A stretch of DNA of 64,000 nt from a virus. Below, one piece after another: positions 37,441-46,948 of this stretch. Where the stretch lies: the IMG/VR virus record IMGVR_UViG_3300012964_000010, positions 1 to 64,000 of that record; one strand, 5' to 3'. The position numbers and the translations under genes were made by a program. The notes below the pieces were generated by a model. The model had not been told where the DNA came from. It worked only from the letters and a program-made list of their open reading frames with translations, and did no database searches. The stretch's first letter is position 1, and every line of letters starts with the position of its first letter.

Positions 37441-38504
37441 CGCATCTTACGCTCCCGTTCTGCCTGTTCTATCTTCCATTTTAATTCTATACGTTCTTTT
37501 CCCGAAACAGCTGATGCAATTATCGAATGAATTGTGAGTAATCTTCCATACTTTTCAACTGCTTTCGAAGCATCCTTGATACCGGGTTCCCATTTAGGAA
37601 AGGATACTGGCCAATTATTATCAATTGCTGCCTTAACCAGATCCCATCCTTTCCTGTCCTTGTCTGGACAAACAATGGGTTGTTTCTGTAATCGATTAAT
37701 AATATCGATTTTTGTTTGGTTGATTTCGCCTAATATGCCTACACCATCTGTAATGTATGCATCAAGAACACCTTCATTAACAATGACATATTTACGTGCC
37801 CAATCTTGTTGGTGATCGAGATTATAGACAAAATCCGTGGGTGATTGCTGATAGTATTTGGGTATTTCTTTACCATCGGTATCATAGCATAGTCTTGATG
37901 TAAATCCTACTATTTTCTGCTTATAATAGTATGGAATAATCAGTCTCTGATTTAGATTATGTGTCTTAGTTGGCGACCAATAAAAATGATCTAAATCATA
38001 TATATTTCTGCTTAATGCATAATCTATAACACGCAAGAAATCTGGATCCTCTAATCCTGCTTCCAACCACTCTGCGATTGATAAAGAATCCTGTGGAAGG
38101 TCTGTTGATTTCCATCGGTTAAACAAGTTTCTAAACTTACTCTCAACATCAACCAACTTTTCTCCTGTCTCACCTTCCCTGATATTTTGAATGCTATTCC
38201 TCTGTTTAAATATCTCAAACTCAATCTGTTTGATAAGCTCTGGATCAATATTAATCTGTCCCATGAAGAATTTAAATGATTTTGATAATTCCTTACCGTC
38301 TGTGTAACCAGCAGAAAACCCGCAATTAAAACAATTTAATGCAATTGATGTAGGATTAAATTGTATGCCAAATCTGTGGCGAGTATCGCGATTATGCCCC
38401 TGGGTGTGGCATAGCATACAATTTCGTTTTTGCCAATTCTTTGGTGCCTGTTTTAATGGCCCAATATTTGATAATATGGCATCTTTTAATATATCGATAA
38501 TCAT
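37437..38504 (-). CDS. 61: DNA primase (T4 gp61-like)
   Basis: Zn finger CMLC..CFNC, RLIIP, EG..D and D.D TOPRIM motifs. Confidence 0.88.
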   Translation of the reverse strand: MIIDILKDAILSNIGPLKQAPKNWQKRNCMLCHTQGHNRDTRHRFGIQFNPTSIALNCFNCGFSAGYTDGKELSKSFKFFMGQINIDPELIKQIEFEIFKQRNSIQNIREGETGEKLVDVESKFRNLFNRWKSTDLPQDSLSIAEWLEAGLEDPDFLRVIDYALSRNIYDLDHFYWSPTKTHNLNQRLIIPYYYKQKIVGFTSRLCYDTDGKEIPKYYQQSPTDFVYNLDHQQDWARKYVIVNEGVLDAYITDGVGILGEINQTKIDIINRLQKQPIVCPDKDRKGWDLVKAAIDNNWPVSFPKWEPGIKDASKAVEKYGRLLTIHSIIASAVSGKERIELKWKIEQAERERKMR

Positions 38505-38510
38505 TTAGTA

Positions 38511-38539
38511 AGTATAGCATGACCTGTCACGAAAATCAA
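38511..38539 (-). promoter_or_regulatory. Sigma70-type promoter giving a probably leaderless primase mRNA
   Basis: TTGATT-17nt-TATACT with extended TG, 6 nt before the ATG; no SD. Confidence 0.6.
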
Positions 38540-38558
38540 CTACATTATACCACGGTAC

Positions 38559-39182
38559 TCAGATATATAAATCTTTTTCGTTCTTGAATTTTGTAACGTA
38601 CTTGGGATTAAGGTCGCCGCGGCGGAATGCTCTTAAGCCAACATTATATGCATGAACAGTATCTTCGATATTCTTTAGTCGACTGCTGTATTTTGAGAGT
38701 ATATCTGATGCTGCTGCAATTTGCTGTTCAATATCGCCTTTAAGTTCGTTTGCATCGAGTCCCCATACTCCTGGACGAATTTGTGTAAGTCCCACTGCTG
38801 GATCAGACTTCAAACCAGAAACTGCCTGTGGATTAAAACTACTTTCGATTCCAATAATTGCTAACAAATCCTCTGCTTTCGGAAATATTGGTTTTTCATA
38901 TTTTTTAGCAAGTGTTACAATCTTCTTTGCTAATTCGGAATCAACATTATATTTACTGGTGACAATATCAACAAGTTTTGATATTTCAGGATCTTCTTGT
39001 TTTGCCGAAACCTCGCCCTTCTGGTATGTTTGTGATACTGCAGGCGTAGGCTCTTGTGGCTTTTGTGTGGTAGGTGCGGGACTGCCCGCTGTGGCCAATG
39101 CTAAAGAACCGGCTGCAATTGCACGTTTAAGATTAATTTCATCCAGTTGCTGTTCGGACAACACCATTTCATATAATCGCAT
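38559..39182 (-). CDS. Lytic transglycosylase (SLT domain), probably virion-associated
   Basis: IESSFNP.A.S, A.GLTQI, AYN.G; N-terminus MRLYE..LDE. Confidence 0.88.
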   Translation of the reverse strand: MRLYEMVLSEQQLDEINLKRAIAAGSLALATAGSPAPTTQKPQEPTPAVSQTYQKGEVSAKQEDPEISKLVDIVTSKYNVDSELAKKIVTLAKKYEKPIFPKAEDLLAIIGIESSFNPQAVSGLKSDPAVGLTQIRPGVWGLDANELKGDIEQQIAAASDILSKYSSRLKNIEDTVHAYNVGLRAFRRGDLNPKYVTKFKNEKDLYI

Positions 39183-39183
39183 A

Positions 39184-40053
39184 TTAAATCCTAACTATAA
39201 GTTTTTCAAATGTGCCTGGATCAAGAACCTGTGTGCTTGGAATATATCTGAACTTTACCCACATAAAGTTTGCAGAGAATGCCCAGGCTTGTGTACCAGT
39301 ATATCCAACGTATTGAATATCCTGGGACATCGCGGATGGATAGATCTTGAACCAACGCGATGGCGATAGATACGGGTTTGGTGTTTCTTCTAAACTTCCC
39401 CAAATTTCGAGTGTACCCGTGAAATTCTTTGTATAGGTCGAGAATGTGTGAACAGAGTTAACATGGTTCAACACTCTTGCACCCGGAATACGTGGTGTAT
39501 AAAAAGACGGAAGAAGAGGTCCAGTTGCCGGAAGATTTATATCTGGTGTCCAATCCGCTGGTAAGAAAGTAAAACTGTCAAGTGGTGCCTTAAATGCTTG
39601 TTCTGTGATTTCTATTTCCATTTCGACGTTGTTATTCATATCACTATATAGCGGCTTTTCAACATAGTAATCTGTAACGTTAGCAACAAAATTCTCAGTT
39701 CTAACTAAGACCATTGTATACAAACCTGGTGCAATTAGCGCAATATCGCCACCATCTATTTCGAGAGTGATAACACCCTTGGCTGGGCCAACACGACATA
39801 ATTTTTCTAAGACAACAGTGTTATTATCTGAATTAATGATGCGTGCATATACCTGCTGGTTATCGGGAATATTGTAAGGTATTCTATCAGGCCCGAGTGC
39901 TCTGAAAATTATTTTATTGTCGAGCCCTTTATGAGCCAGAATTGGATTCTTATTCATTGGACCATTATCCTTAAATGGACAGAAGGTGTCGCCAACTGCA
40001 AGAAGTTGCCTAACGTGGTCATATAAATATACCTTGTGAAATGTGACGTCCAT
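39184..40053 (-). CDS. Probable virion structural protein
   Basis: Beta-rich ORF, late promoter at 40073-40081. Confidence 0.65.
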   Translation of the reverse strand: MDVTFHKVYLYDHVRQLLAVGDTFCPFKDNGPMNKNPILAHKGLDNKIIFRALGPDRIPYNIPDNQQVYARIINSDNNTVVLEKLCRVGPAKGVITLEIDGGDIALIAPGLYTMVLVRTENFVANVTDYYVEKPLYSDMNNNVEMEIEITEQAFKAPLDSFTFLPADWTPDINLPATGPLLPSFYTPRIPGARVLNHVNSVHTFSTYTKNFTGTLEIWGSLEETPNPYLSPSRWFKIYPSAMSQDIQYVGYTGTQAWAFSANFMWVKFRYIPSTQVLDPGTFEKLIVRI

Positions 40054-40135
40054 CTGTGATTGCCTTTTCTTATATTTATCACAAACATCACCAAAAAAAG
40101 TTTCATTCGATTAGAAACTATATAAATAAAGCAAT

Positions 40136-40507
40136 ATGATAAATCTTGACGAAATTAAAGAAAAGTTCCCGTTTTTAAGCGGACTGAGGTGCCAAACAAC
40201 CGAATACATTGGCATTATTCAGAATTCTGATGACAAAATCATAAGTTTCTACGACTACGAATCTATTCGCTCTCCAGAAGAAAAGGCGCTCTTTCTTGAA
40301 CTCGGGGATACTTGGTGGTGGGAGAGCAATCGTTTGCTTCCTATTAACATATTCTTGCAAGGACAGATGCAAGATTTCCGCTATTGTCTTAAAACTGTTG
40401 TGAATAAAGATGTAGAGATAATGTTCGGATCTGTAACAAGCTTGAACAATATTATGCGTAAGAGAATTAAGAAACGTCAGATTCAACTTATTCGACGAGC
40501 GGATTAA
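40136..40507 (+). CDS. Conserved hypothetical protein
   Basis: FPFLS, EYIGIIQN, WWWESNR.LPINIFL; TATAAATA at 40121-40128. Confidence 0.8.
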   Translation: MINLDEIKEKFPFLSGLRCQTTEYIGIIQNSDDKIISFYDYESIRSPEEKALFLELGDTWWWESNRLLPINIFLQGQMQDFRYCLKTVVNKDVEIMFGSVTSLNNIMRKRIKKRQIQLIRRAD

Positions 40508-41004
40508 AATATCTCTGCTGTTATCCACGTGTCGCCGACATCAGCAACCAGTTGTCGGCGTCTAAGCCACTGGCGAAGATTTCCTAACGACTTGAGTTGT
40601 TGACCATAAACATAATCAAATCCTAAATTTCGTGGAATAGATTTCAGTTTATCGCCGAATCCTCGTCGGCGATACTCCGGTAAAACTACCAAGGCTATAC
40701 CTTCAACGCCGCGTTTGTTGGCAAAGTTTTCAAGATCGACAAAAACCTTTGCATTTGGTTCTTCTTGTATTGTATCAATAATATTGCCAGGCCGTAATAG
40801 ATAGATACCTGCCAACTTGCCATTAACTACTAATTTCTTGGATATATTCCAATCAGTGTTTTTATTTATGTGTGAAGCTACCTGGTCGGAACCACCCTCC
40901 TCGTATCCACCAAACTCATTAACAGCTAAATTAAGGGAATCCTCAATGTCATTGCTGCCGATTGGTAAAATTCCATCTGTGTTCTCAATTTCAAATAATT
41001 TCAT
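40504..41004 (-). CDS. GNAT-family acetyltransferase
   Basis: Acetyl-CoA motif A: LVVLPEYRRRGFG..L. Confidence 0.8.
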   Translation of the reverse strand: MKLFEIENTDGILPIGSNDIEDSLNLAVNEFGGYEEGGSDQVASHINKNTDWNISKKLVVNGKLAGIYLLRPGNIIDTIQEEPNAKVFVDLENFANKRGVEGIALVVLPEYRRRGFGDKLKSIPRNLGFDYVYGQQLKSLGNLRQWLRRRQLVADVGDTWITAEIF

Positions 41005-41028
41005 ACCTATATTTATCTTATTTTTATC

Positions 41029-41235
41029 CTATTCACCCAATCTATAGACATAATTATAGATATTAATACCTTTTAATTTAAGGTATACTATATCCTCATT
41101 GGTAAAATCTTCTTCATCCATCCTGCGTATAGTATTCATAAGGATTCAGTAATCTTCATCGAGATTACCCCTTAATTTAATCTTGCTATCCGTATCTATC
41201 ACAAGACCGCAAATTCTTCTGGTCGGTTTAATCAT
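41029..41235 (-). pseudogene. Small ORF interrupted by an in-frame TGA (41146-41148)
   Basis: Hand translation MIKPTRR...DEDY*ILMNTIRR...EDIVYLKLKG...LGE; fills the gap between neighbours and overlaps the upstream stop. Confidence 0.5.
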
Positions 41236-41821
41236 GTTCTGCAGACATCTGCTCAATCAACAAATGAAGATTTACGATAATTGCAATTGCATAAGAAATT
41301 CCGTGCGCTCTTTTAAATTGATAACCTTCATCATCGTTCTTTACCCATACTTCTCTTCTAATCCTGTCCCATCCCTCTTTTTGTAGATAGGCTTTTGATG
41401 GACGAATAATTGCAAGAATCATAGCTAAGTCTTCAACCGATATTGGTTTAAACTTCTTTAATAGATGACTATGCCCTTTTAAATGAAATAGTTTGTCAGT
41501 AATCTCTTCATACTGAAAAAAGTCCCACGGTGGTTCTCTATTAATTAACTCTAAAAGGTGTTCCTCGTTTCTGACATTTTCGTACATATTGACGTTTAAA
41601 AAGTCAATCTTAAAGTAACCATAATCGTTGGCAATTCTATGATCTAATGTGGAAATATTAGTTGTAGGATCTCGCGGAATATTTTGAAAATAAACACCAG
41701 TTGGATGTTTTTCAAACTTATCATCGATGCGATCAATGCGACCATAAACACATTCGATGCCCTCTAAGATTTTATCTCTTCCAACTACATCGATATCAAC
41801 ATCTGTTGTAACTACTCGCAT
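41228..41821 (-). CDS. Minimal DNA polymerase III alpha (DnaE)-like catalytic core
   Basis: DVDID, H.TGV, GYFKIDFL, A..RP, Y.FKRAH...Y in 197 aa. Confidence 0.8.
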   Translation of the reverse strand: MRVVTTDVDIDVVGRDKILEGIECVYGRIDRIDDKFEKHPTGVYFQNIPRDPTTNISTLDHRIANDYGYFKIDFLNVNMYENVRNEEHLLELINREPPWDFFQYEEITDKLFHLKGHSHLLKKFKPISVEDLAMILAIIRPSKAYLQKEGWDRIRREVWVKNDDEGYQFKRAHGISYAIAIIVNLHLLIEQMSAEHD

Positions 41822-41822
41822 A

Positions 41823-42095
41823 TTATTTCCAAATCTTACCCTGCCAATACATTTTAAAGAATAATCGATGTTCCGGATCTGCTATTCTCCAGGCACTTAT
41901 GTCATGAAAACCTTCGTTACTATCCGACCATTTTGTTATCAAATCAACATCAATTCCATTATCGTTACACCATTCAAACACTTTATTGCCGAAAAGAGTG
42001 AATACTCCGGTTAGGCCAGATTCACTCTTTATAGTAACATCATCTGGTTCAACAAGAAACGTTGATTGAATATTAGAGGTAATTCTTACTGTCAT
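41823..42095 (-). CDS. Small hypothetical protein
   Basis: EWC.....PEHRLFFKMYW. Confidence 0.7.
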   Translation of the reverse strand: MTVRITSNIQSTFLVEPDDVTIKSESGLTGVFTLFGNKVFEWCNDNGIDVDLITKWSDSNEGFHDISAWRIADPEHRLFFKMYWQGKIWK

Positions 42096-42358
42096 TTCAA
42101 ATACCCATTCTTAAATTTATCAATTGGTATAATCACAGAATCAATGCCTATTAACGGAATATATGAACTGTAGGAGTATGATCTTAATTCAGGAATTTCT
42201 TTGTCAGGGAACATTAATACAAATACGGTTGCATCTTCGCTATTCTCAAACGAGATATATGGATAGGCAAGTTCATATTTTCCGATGGGCCCAGTCTTTA
42301 ACCACTCCACAACACTTCCTGCGCAATATATTTTATTTCTAAGTGATATTACATTCAT
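42092..42358 (-). CDS. Small hypothetical protein (F..EDA..F.L family)
   Basis: ISFENSEDATVFVLMF. Confidence 0.7.
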   Translation of the reverse strand: MNVISLRNKIYCAGSVVEWLKTGPIGKYELAYPYISFENSEDATVFVLMFPDKEIPELRSYSYSSYIPLIGIDSVIIPIDKFKNGYLK

Positions 42359-42513
42359 AGTGAAAATTTTAATCTAAATGTTATTGCATCTTCGTCGTTT
42401 AGAAACTCTAATGTTTCTATATCGGAATCATACTTGATATTCTCTATACCCACATTCTCGATAATCCACTGGGCAACACCGGGCATACTAAATAACTCCG
42501 TTGTGATTTTCAT
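42355..42513 (-). CDS. 52-aa hypothetical protein (F..EDA..F.L family), below ORF-track cutoff
   Basis: Hand translation MKITTELF...QWIIEN...LEFLNDEDAITFRLKFSL; ATGA overlaps at both ends. Confidence 0.75.
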   Translation of the reverse strand: MKITTELFSMPGVAQWIIENVGIENIKYDSDIETLEFLNDEDAITFRLKFSL

Positions 42514-42722
42514 TCAGCATCCTTAATTAATAGTTCAACTTTAGTATATTTTCGTTGACCATTAAATTTAAACATGAATGCTATTGCATCTTCGTCGTAG
42601 AAAAACGTAACTTCATGGCTTGGCCAAATGTATACATATTCTCCTGGATTAATATTTTTCAACCAATCGAGTAATTCTGTATATAATACGTCTTTACCAA
42701 TAGTTACGGTTATTGGCATCAT
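42510..42722 (-). CDS. Small hypothetical protein (F..EDA..F family)
   Basis: VTFFYDEDAIAFMFKF. Confidence 0.7.
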   Translation of the reverse strand: MMPITVTIGKDVLYTELLDWLKNINPGEYVYIWPSHEVTFFYDEDAIAFMFKFNGQRKYTKVELLIKDAE

Positions 42723-43396
42723 AGTCTAGCTTGCTCTAATATCGATCTGATATAATCAACATCATCGCTCTTCTTAAGCTTTCTCATCCAAAATCCCGGA
42801 TCAATAATGTTTCCGATAATCTTTGCATGATCTTCGTTGAATCTTTCAATTAAATCGCCGCCAGAATTACACAAATATAAAACCCACGGGCTGACCTTGC
42901 CAGTGCGGATCATATGAGATGCTTCATTAGCGGATACATCGCGGAAAAAGGTATTAAAAGCAGTGCCATTGGCTGTTGTCCATTCTATGATCTCTGTAAT
43001 AGTTCTGTCTACAGCAGCAGTTGCTGGCTCCTTCTTAACCAAATCCTCGATATAGGTGTCGTAGACAAAGTCCTTTGTCCAATCTTTTAACTTTATACTA
43101 TTCTTGATTACGAAATCAATAAAAGCTTCTGGATATACTGGCTTAAGATTTGCAAGATGATTTCCGAATTTTACGAAATCAATATAATACGGACTATCGA
43201 TAAATTCTTGTGTAGTCTTTGGTTTCTTTGATGTAGCCGTGAGATCATAGAATCGCTGAAAAGTTCTAAAGCCAAATCGTGAGGCAACACTATCAATCTC
43301 CATATGTCGTCTCTTCTTAACACATAGATGAGTTGACAATGTGATTTCTTTGTGGAATTTTTTTCCGCAATACTTACATTCAAAGTTCTGAAGCAT
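42719..43396 (-). CDS. Conserved hypothetical protein with N-terminal zinc finger
   Basis: FECKYCGKKF......HLC; GKVSPW. Confidence 0.75.
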   Translation of the reverse strand: MLQNFECKYCGKKFHKEITLSTHLCVKKRRHMEIDSVASRFGFRTFQRFYDLTATSKKPKTTQEFIDSPYYIDFVKFGNHLANLKPVYPEAFIDFVIKNSIKLKDWTKDFVYDTYIEDLVKKEPATAAVDRTITEIIEWTTANGTAFNTFFRDVSANEASHMIRTGKVSPWVLYLCNSGGDLIERFNEDHAKIIGNIIDPGFWMRKLKKSDDVDYIRSILEQARL

Positions 43397-43403
43397 TATT
43401 TTG

Positions 43404-44006
43404 CTACTTTCCTTTAGTTTCGCCTTTGAAGATTTCTTTAATGGTTTTATCATCGAATGCATTGTCTTTAAAATATCTTTCGAGTTCTTCTCTTGAATTT
43501 ATCTGTTGCAGTAATTCAAGTTCATCATCTTTTAACATAGGGTTGATCTTCAACAACGCTTCTTCTACTGGGTTCTTTTTTATACCCTTTGGTGCGGCAG
43601 GCCATACATGCTTTTCTCGCTTGCCAGTACCGGTAATAGCAAGTAACATCCATTCTAACTCCTTGTGGCTGTTAGACCCAAAAGAGTTTTCAGATTTTTG
43701 GGATCCGAGTGCGAGAGAATTTTCATTTACTATTGTATTTACAGTGATTATTTGATCTTCTGCACCTCGTTCAATAGAACTCATCCATCTTGTCAGTGTC
43801 CAGATAGAGATATCCTTTTTCTGTTCATCTGTGAGCATACTGTAATATTTTATGTCGCGTCGGTCAAGCGCTGGTAGAATATCTCCAAAAAGATCATTTT
43901 TAAATGCTTTCTTTCCAGTATCTTCCACTTGCTGTATTGTACTCGGATTCAATGCATGAAATTCATCGAGCCAATTTTCTAATTCATTACTCAAAGAGTG
44001 CTCCAA
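43404..44006 (-). CDS. Clamp-loader small subunit-like protein (T4 gp62-like)
   Basis: W...RWMS, H.EL.W.LL, H.W pattern; start codon uncertain. Confidence 0.55.
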   Translation of the reverse strand: MEHSLSNELENWLDEFHALNPSTIQQVEDTGKKAFKNDLFGDILPALDRRDIKYYSMLTDEQKKDISIWTLTRWMSSIERGAEDQIITVNTIVNENSLALGSQKSENSFGSNSHKELEWMLLAITGTGKREKHVWPAAPKGIKKNPVEEALLKINPMLKDDELELLQQINSREELERYFKDNAFDDKTIKEIFKGETKGK

Positions 44007-44490
44007 TATCGATAACTTCGGGTAACTTATTTACATCTTTAACAAATAGTGCGCAATTTGGATATGGTTTATCTTCTAATGGCACAACTAAGATATTACC
44101 GTGTTTCAGTTTAGGAAAAAACCATTTAACTTCAGAATACACGTTTGTAATCGTAACTTCTTTCGGCCTTGGTACCATATGCCTCAATGGGTTGAACACC
44201 ATTGTACAAAATCCTCTATCATTAAGACTCGTTAATGGCATGATTTCTAAATCGCTATATTCATTATCACACACCAGAATAGACCAGTCTAATGGCATCT
44301 GAATCTTATAATTGTCGATTTCAAGCACAACAGCTGGTGCATGAAAACTTTCAAGAAAAATTAATGGTATAAAAAAATAATCTGGATTCTTTGGATCAGA
44401 ATAATCGAGGACGCAGTAGCGAATGTCTTCTATCTCATTTGGTACCTTGTCGAGATTGTATGCCCTGTTTTCGTTTGTTAAAATATTCAT
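43987..44490 (-). CDS. Conserved hypothetical protein
   Basis: DYFFIPLIFLESF, MPLDWSI, KWFFPKLK. Confidence 0.75.
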   Translation of the reverse strand: MNILTNENRAYNLDKVPNEIEDIRYCVLDYSDPKNPDYFFIPLIFLESFHAPAVVLEIDNYKIQMPLDWSILVCDNEYSDLEIMPLTSLNDRGFCTMVFNPLRHMVPRPKEVTITNVYSEVKWFFPKLKHGNILVVPLEDKPYPNCALFVKDVNKLPEVIDIGALFE

Positions 44491-44833
44491 CGAATTCCTT
44501 GTCTTTCTGTTTGTCTTTTTCTATACGTTTCTGTGTATCTTCTGCCAGTTGTTGTTCTCTTATAGTAGCTGGTTGTAATTCCCATGGACTGACGCCGCAT
44601 TTTAGGAGATAATCATCGAGCATATTCTTAAATCCCGAATGTCTCATCGACATATAGATAATAGCAGAAGAGGTGTCATCATCATTGTATTCTATTTCGA
44701 TTACCTTATGATAGAATAGTCCCATCTGTTTGTCACTTTCTCTTACAATTACATTCGGTAATTCGTTTGCTTGAAAGAATATTTTTATTAATTCTATATG
44801 AACTATTGATAAATCTGTCTGTATTACTGTCAT
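44435..44833 (-). CDS. Hypothetical protein
   Basis: 132 aa ORF. Confidence 0.65.
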   Translation of the reverse strand: MTVIQTDLSIVHIELIKIFFQANELPNVIVRESDKQMGLFYHKVIEIEYNDDDTSSAIIYMSMRHSGFKNMLDDYLLKCGVSPWELQPATIREQQLAEDTQKRIEKDKQKDKEFDEYFNKRKQGIQSRQGTK

Positions 44834-45120
44834 ATTATATTTCCATATACTGTACCTGCTGAGATTTCTCGTAAAGTATTTCTGTAATGCCTGAATGCGT
44901 TTTCTAGACTGCCATGCTTTAGTGTTATATATGTTAAATTGGATACAATATCTTCATTTGTATCAGTATAGGCATAACATATAAAATGCTCCAATTGAAA
45001 ATTATTTCGACGTATATCATAAGAACCGACATTTACATCTTTCATATCGTTTGCCTCAAGGAAGAATTTAAATTCTCTTGTCTCAATTACAGATATGTTA
45101 GTTCTGATACTATGCATCAT
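44830..45120 (-). CDS. Hypothetical protein, resembles the adjacent gene
   Basis: I.T..S......K.F..AN shared with 44435-44833. Confidence 0.65.
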   Translation of the reverse strand: MMHSIRTNISVIETREFKFFLEANDMKDVNVGSYDIRRNNFQLEHFICYAYTDTNEDIVSNLTYITLKHGSLENAFRHYRNTLREISAGTVYGNII

Positions 45121-45122
45121 GA

Positions 45123-46583
45123 TTAGTAATTTATTTTGTCGATCGTAAACGGATATTCGGCTTCTTTGTAAAACTTTTTTCGTTTGGTTAGGTGACTCTT
45201 ACTATATTTGCAATTTGAACAAACATCATAGACATTTACAAAATCTTTGTCTGGTGCAACACGAATTCCACGACCAATACTCTGAATTACCCTTACGAAA
45301 CTCTTGCCTGCTTCGAACAAAATTAAATTAAAGATACGAACAATGTTGATACCCGTTGATGCTACACCGTATGTAGCAATAATAACCTTACCATCAACTT
45401 CCTGAACTTCCTTATATTCTTCTTTTCTGTCTTTTGATTTCATTTTGCCAGATACAAATATCGAATCTGGTATAAGTGATTGTAGCATTTCTCCAGTCTC
45501 AACACGATCAACCAAAATAAGAGTATTGCCAGATTCGGAAATCGTTATAGCCTCCTTTGCGAGATACTCTAATCGTTTCTTATTTGTAGTTAACCATTTT
45601 AATTCAGTCTGATAATTACCGGATGCTGCCGAACCCACATCCTGCAATTGCCAGACATTAATATGCAATTTAGCCAGAATACCCTTCTCTTGCAATTCTT
45701 TTGTATTAATCTTTCCAAGCATTGGACCAATACAAGCTCTTACACCGACCTTATCAGCTTCCTCTTCGGGCATTGTTCCGGTTAGTCCCCACCTAATAGG
45801 TGCATTCGATAAGTAAGTCGACAAGAGTTTTCGTAAAACGTCGGCTTTGGCCTTGTGCACTTCGTCCACGATAACGCAAACTACGCCCTCGAAGAAATCG
45901 GTTATACTTACTTCCAATTCTTCCTCTTTTGAACGTTTTGATAGACTTTCTAAACTTTGCCATGTGCATATGGTATGGGTTTTGCCATACTCCTTTCTGT
46001 CTCCGAAAAATACACCCACATCTAAGCCCATGTTGATGTAATCTTCTTCGGTTTGTGTAACCAAATCCTTAGTAGGCACAATTACGATACTGCGGCCATA
46101 TGGTTCTATCTTATGACTTAAAATCGCTGTAATTATGGTCTTTCCTGCACCTGTAGGGGCAATATTAATACCGGTAATGTTCTCTAAGTAAGAATTAATA
46201 ACATCGATTTGATGATCTTTAATTTTAATAGATTGCCCGGCAAGTGGATGACCCTCGGGCCATTTAATATGGCTATAGCTATCTTCATCGACTAAATCAA
46301 ACTCAAAATTCTGCGCAGATTGACGACGATCATCAATTTCGACTTCGTATCCGTGTTGCTGAACAATGGGTAGAAGAATATCAAGGAGGTTTAAATAAGA
46401 ACGAGCGCCAACATCACAGAAGCTCATGGTGCCATCCCATCGTCCCAACCGAAATGCCGGCGTGTGACGGGCATATGGTAACACAAACTTCAAGGAATCA
46501 ACCATCTTACGCCTGCACGCCGGGTCGAGCCCATCTATCTTGATATTTACTTCATCTTGAATAATTAATTTTGCTATTGCCAT
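45123..46583 (-). CDS. uvsW: SF2 DNA helicase UvsW
   Basis: WDG, APTGAGKT, DEVH, GLTGT, STGINI, QSIGRG.R. Confidence 0.93.
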   Translation of the reverse strand: MAIAKLIIQDEVNIKIDGLDPACRRKMVDSLKFVLPYARHTPAFRLGRWDGTMSFCDVGARSYLNLLDILLPIVQQHGYEVEIDDRRQSAQNFEFDLVDEDSYSHIKWPEGHPLAGQSIKIKDHQIDVINSYLENITGINIAPTGAGKTIITAILSHKIEPYGRSIVIVPTKDLVTQTEEDYINMGLDVGVFFGDRKEYGKTHTICTWQSLESLSKRSKEEELEVSITDFFEGVVCVIVDEVHKAKADVLRKLLSTYLSNAPIRWGLTGTMPEEEADKVGVRACIGPMLGKINTKELQEKGILAKLHINVWQLQDVGSAASGNYQTELKWLTTNKKRLEYLAKEAITISESGNTLILVDRVETGEMLQSLIPDSIFVSGKMKSKDRKEEYKEVQEVDGKVIIATYGVASTGINIVRIFNLILFEAGKSFVRVIQSIGRGIRVAPDKDFVNVYDVCSNCKYSKSHLTKRKKFYKEAEYPFTIDKINY

Positions 46584-46600
46584 TTTACATCTATCTTATT

Positions 46601-46906
46601 TTATTTTCGAACCTTAGTCTCTTTATGCATACGAATATCAATCTTTGTTTTGCCCTTATAGATATGAATTCTATCATGCAATATCTCAACAGAACGATCC
46701 TTGTCAGCAAAGACTGAATCGGTGTAGATATAACTTGTTTCATATTCTCCATCGGCACAGCCATCGATTACCGGATCTGTCTCAAACCCGTGTTTATCCA
46801 AACCTGCGGTTCTTATATGATCTGGTATCCCAACAAAGGTGCGATTACCATAAACAATTTCATATAAACTATTGTTAATCTTTTTAACTTTTATTTTCAT
46901 AAACAC
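46601..46906 (-). CDS. Hypothetical protein
   Basis: 101 aa ORF. Confidence 0.6.
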   Translation of the reverse strand: MFMKIKVKKINNSLYEIVYGNRTFVGIPDHIRTAGLDKHGFETDPVIDGCADGEYETSYIYTDSVFADKDRSVEILHDRIHIYKGKTKIDIRMHKETKVRK

Positions 46907-46948
46907 GCTATCCAGAATATAATACAGATTCCAATGAATCTTTAAAAT

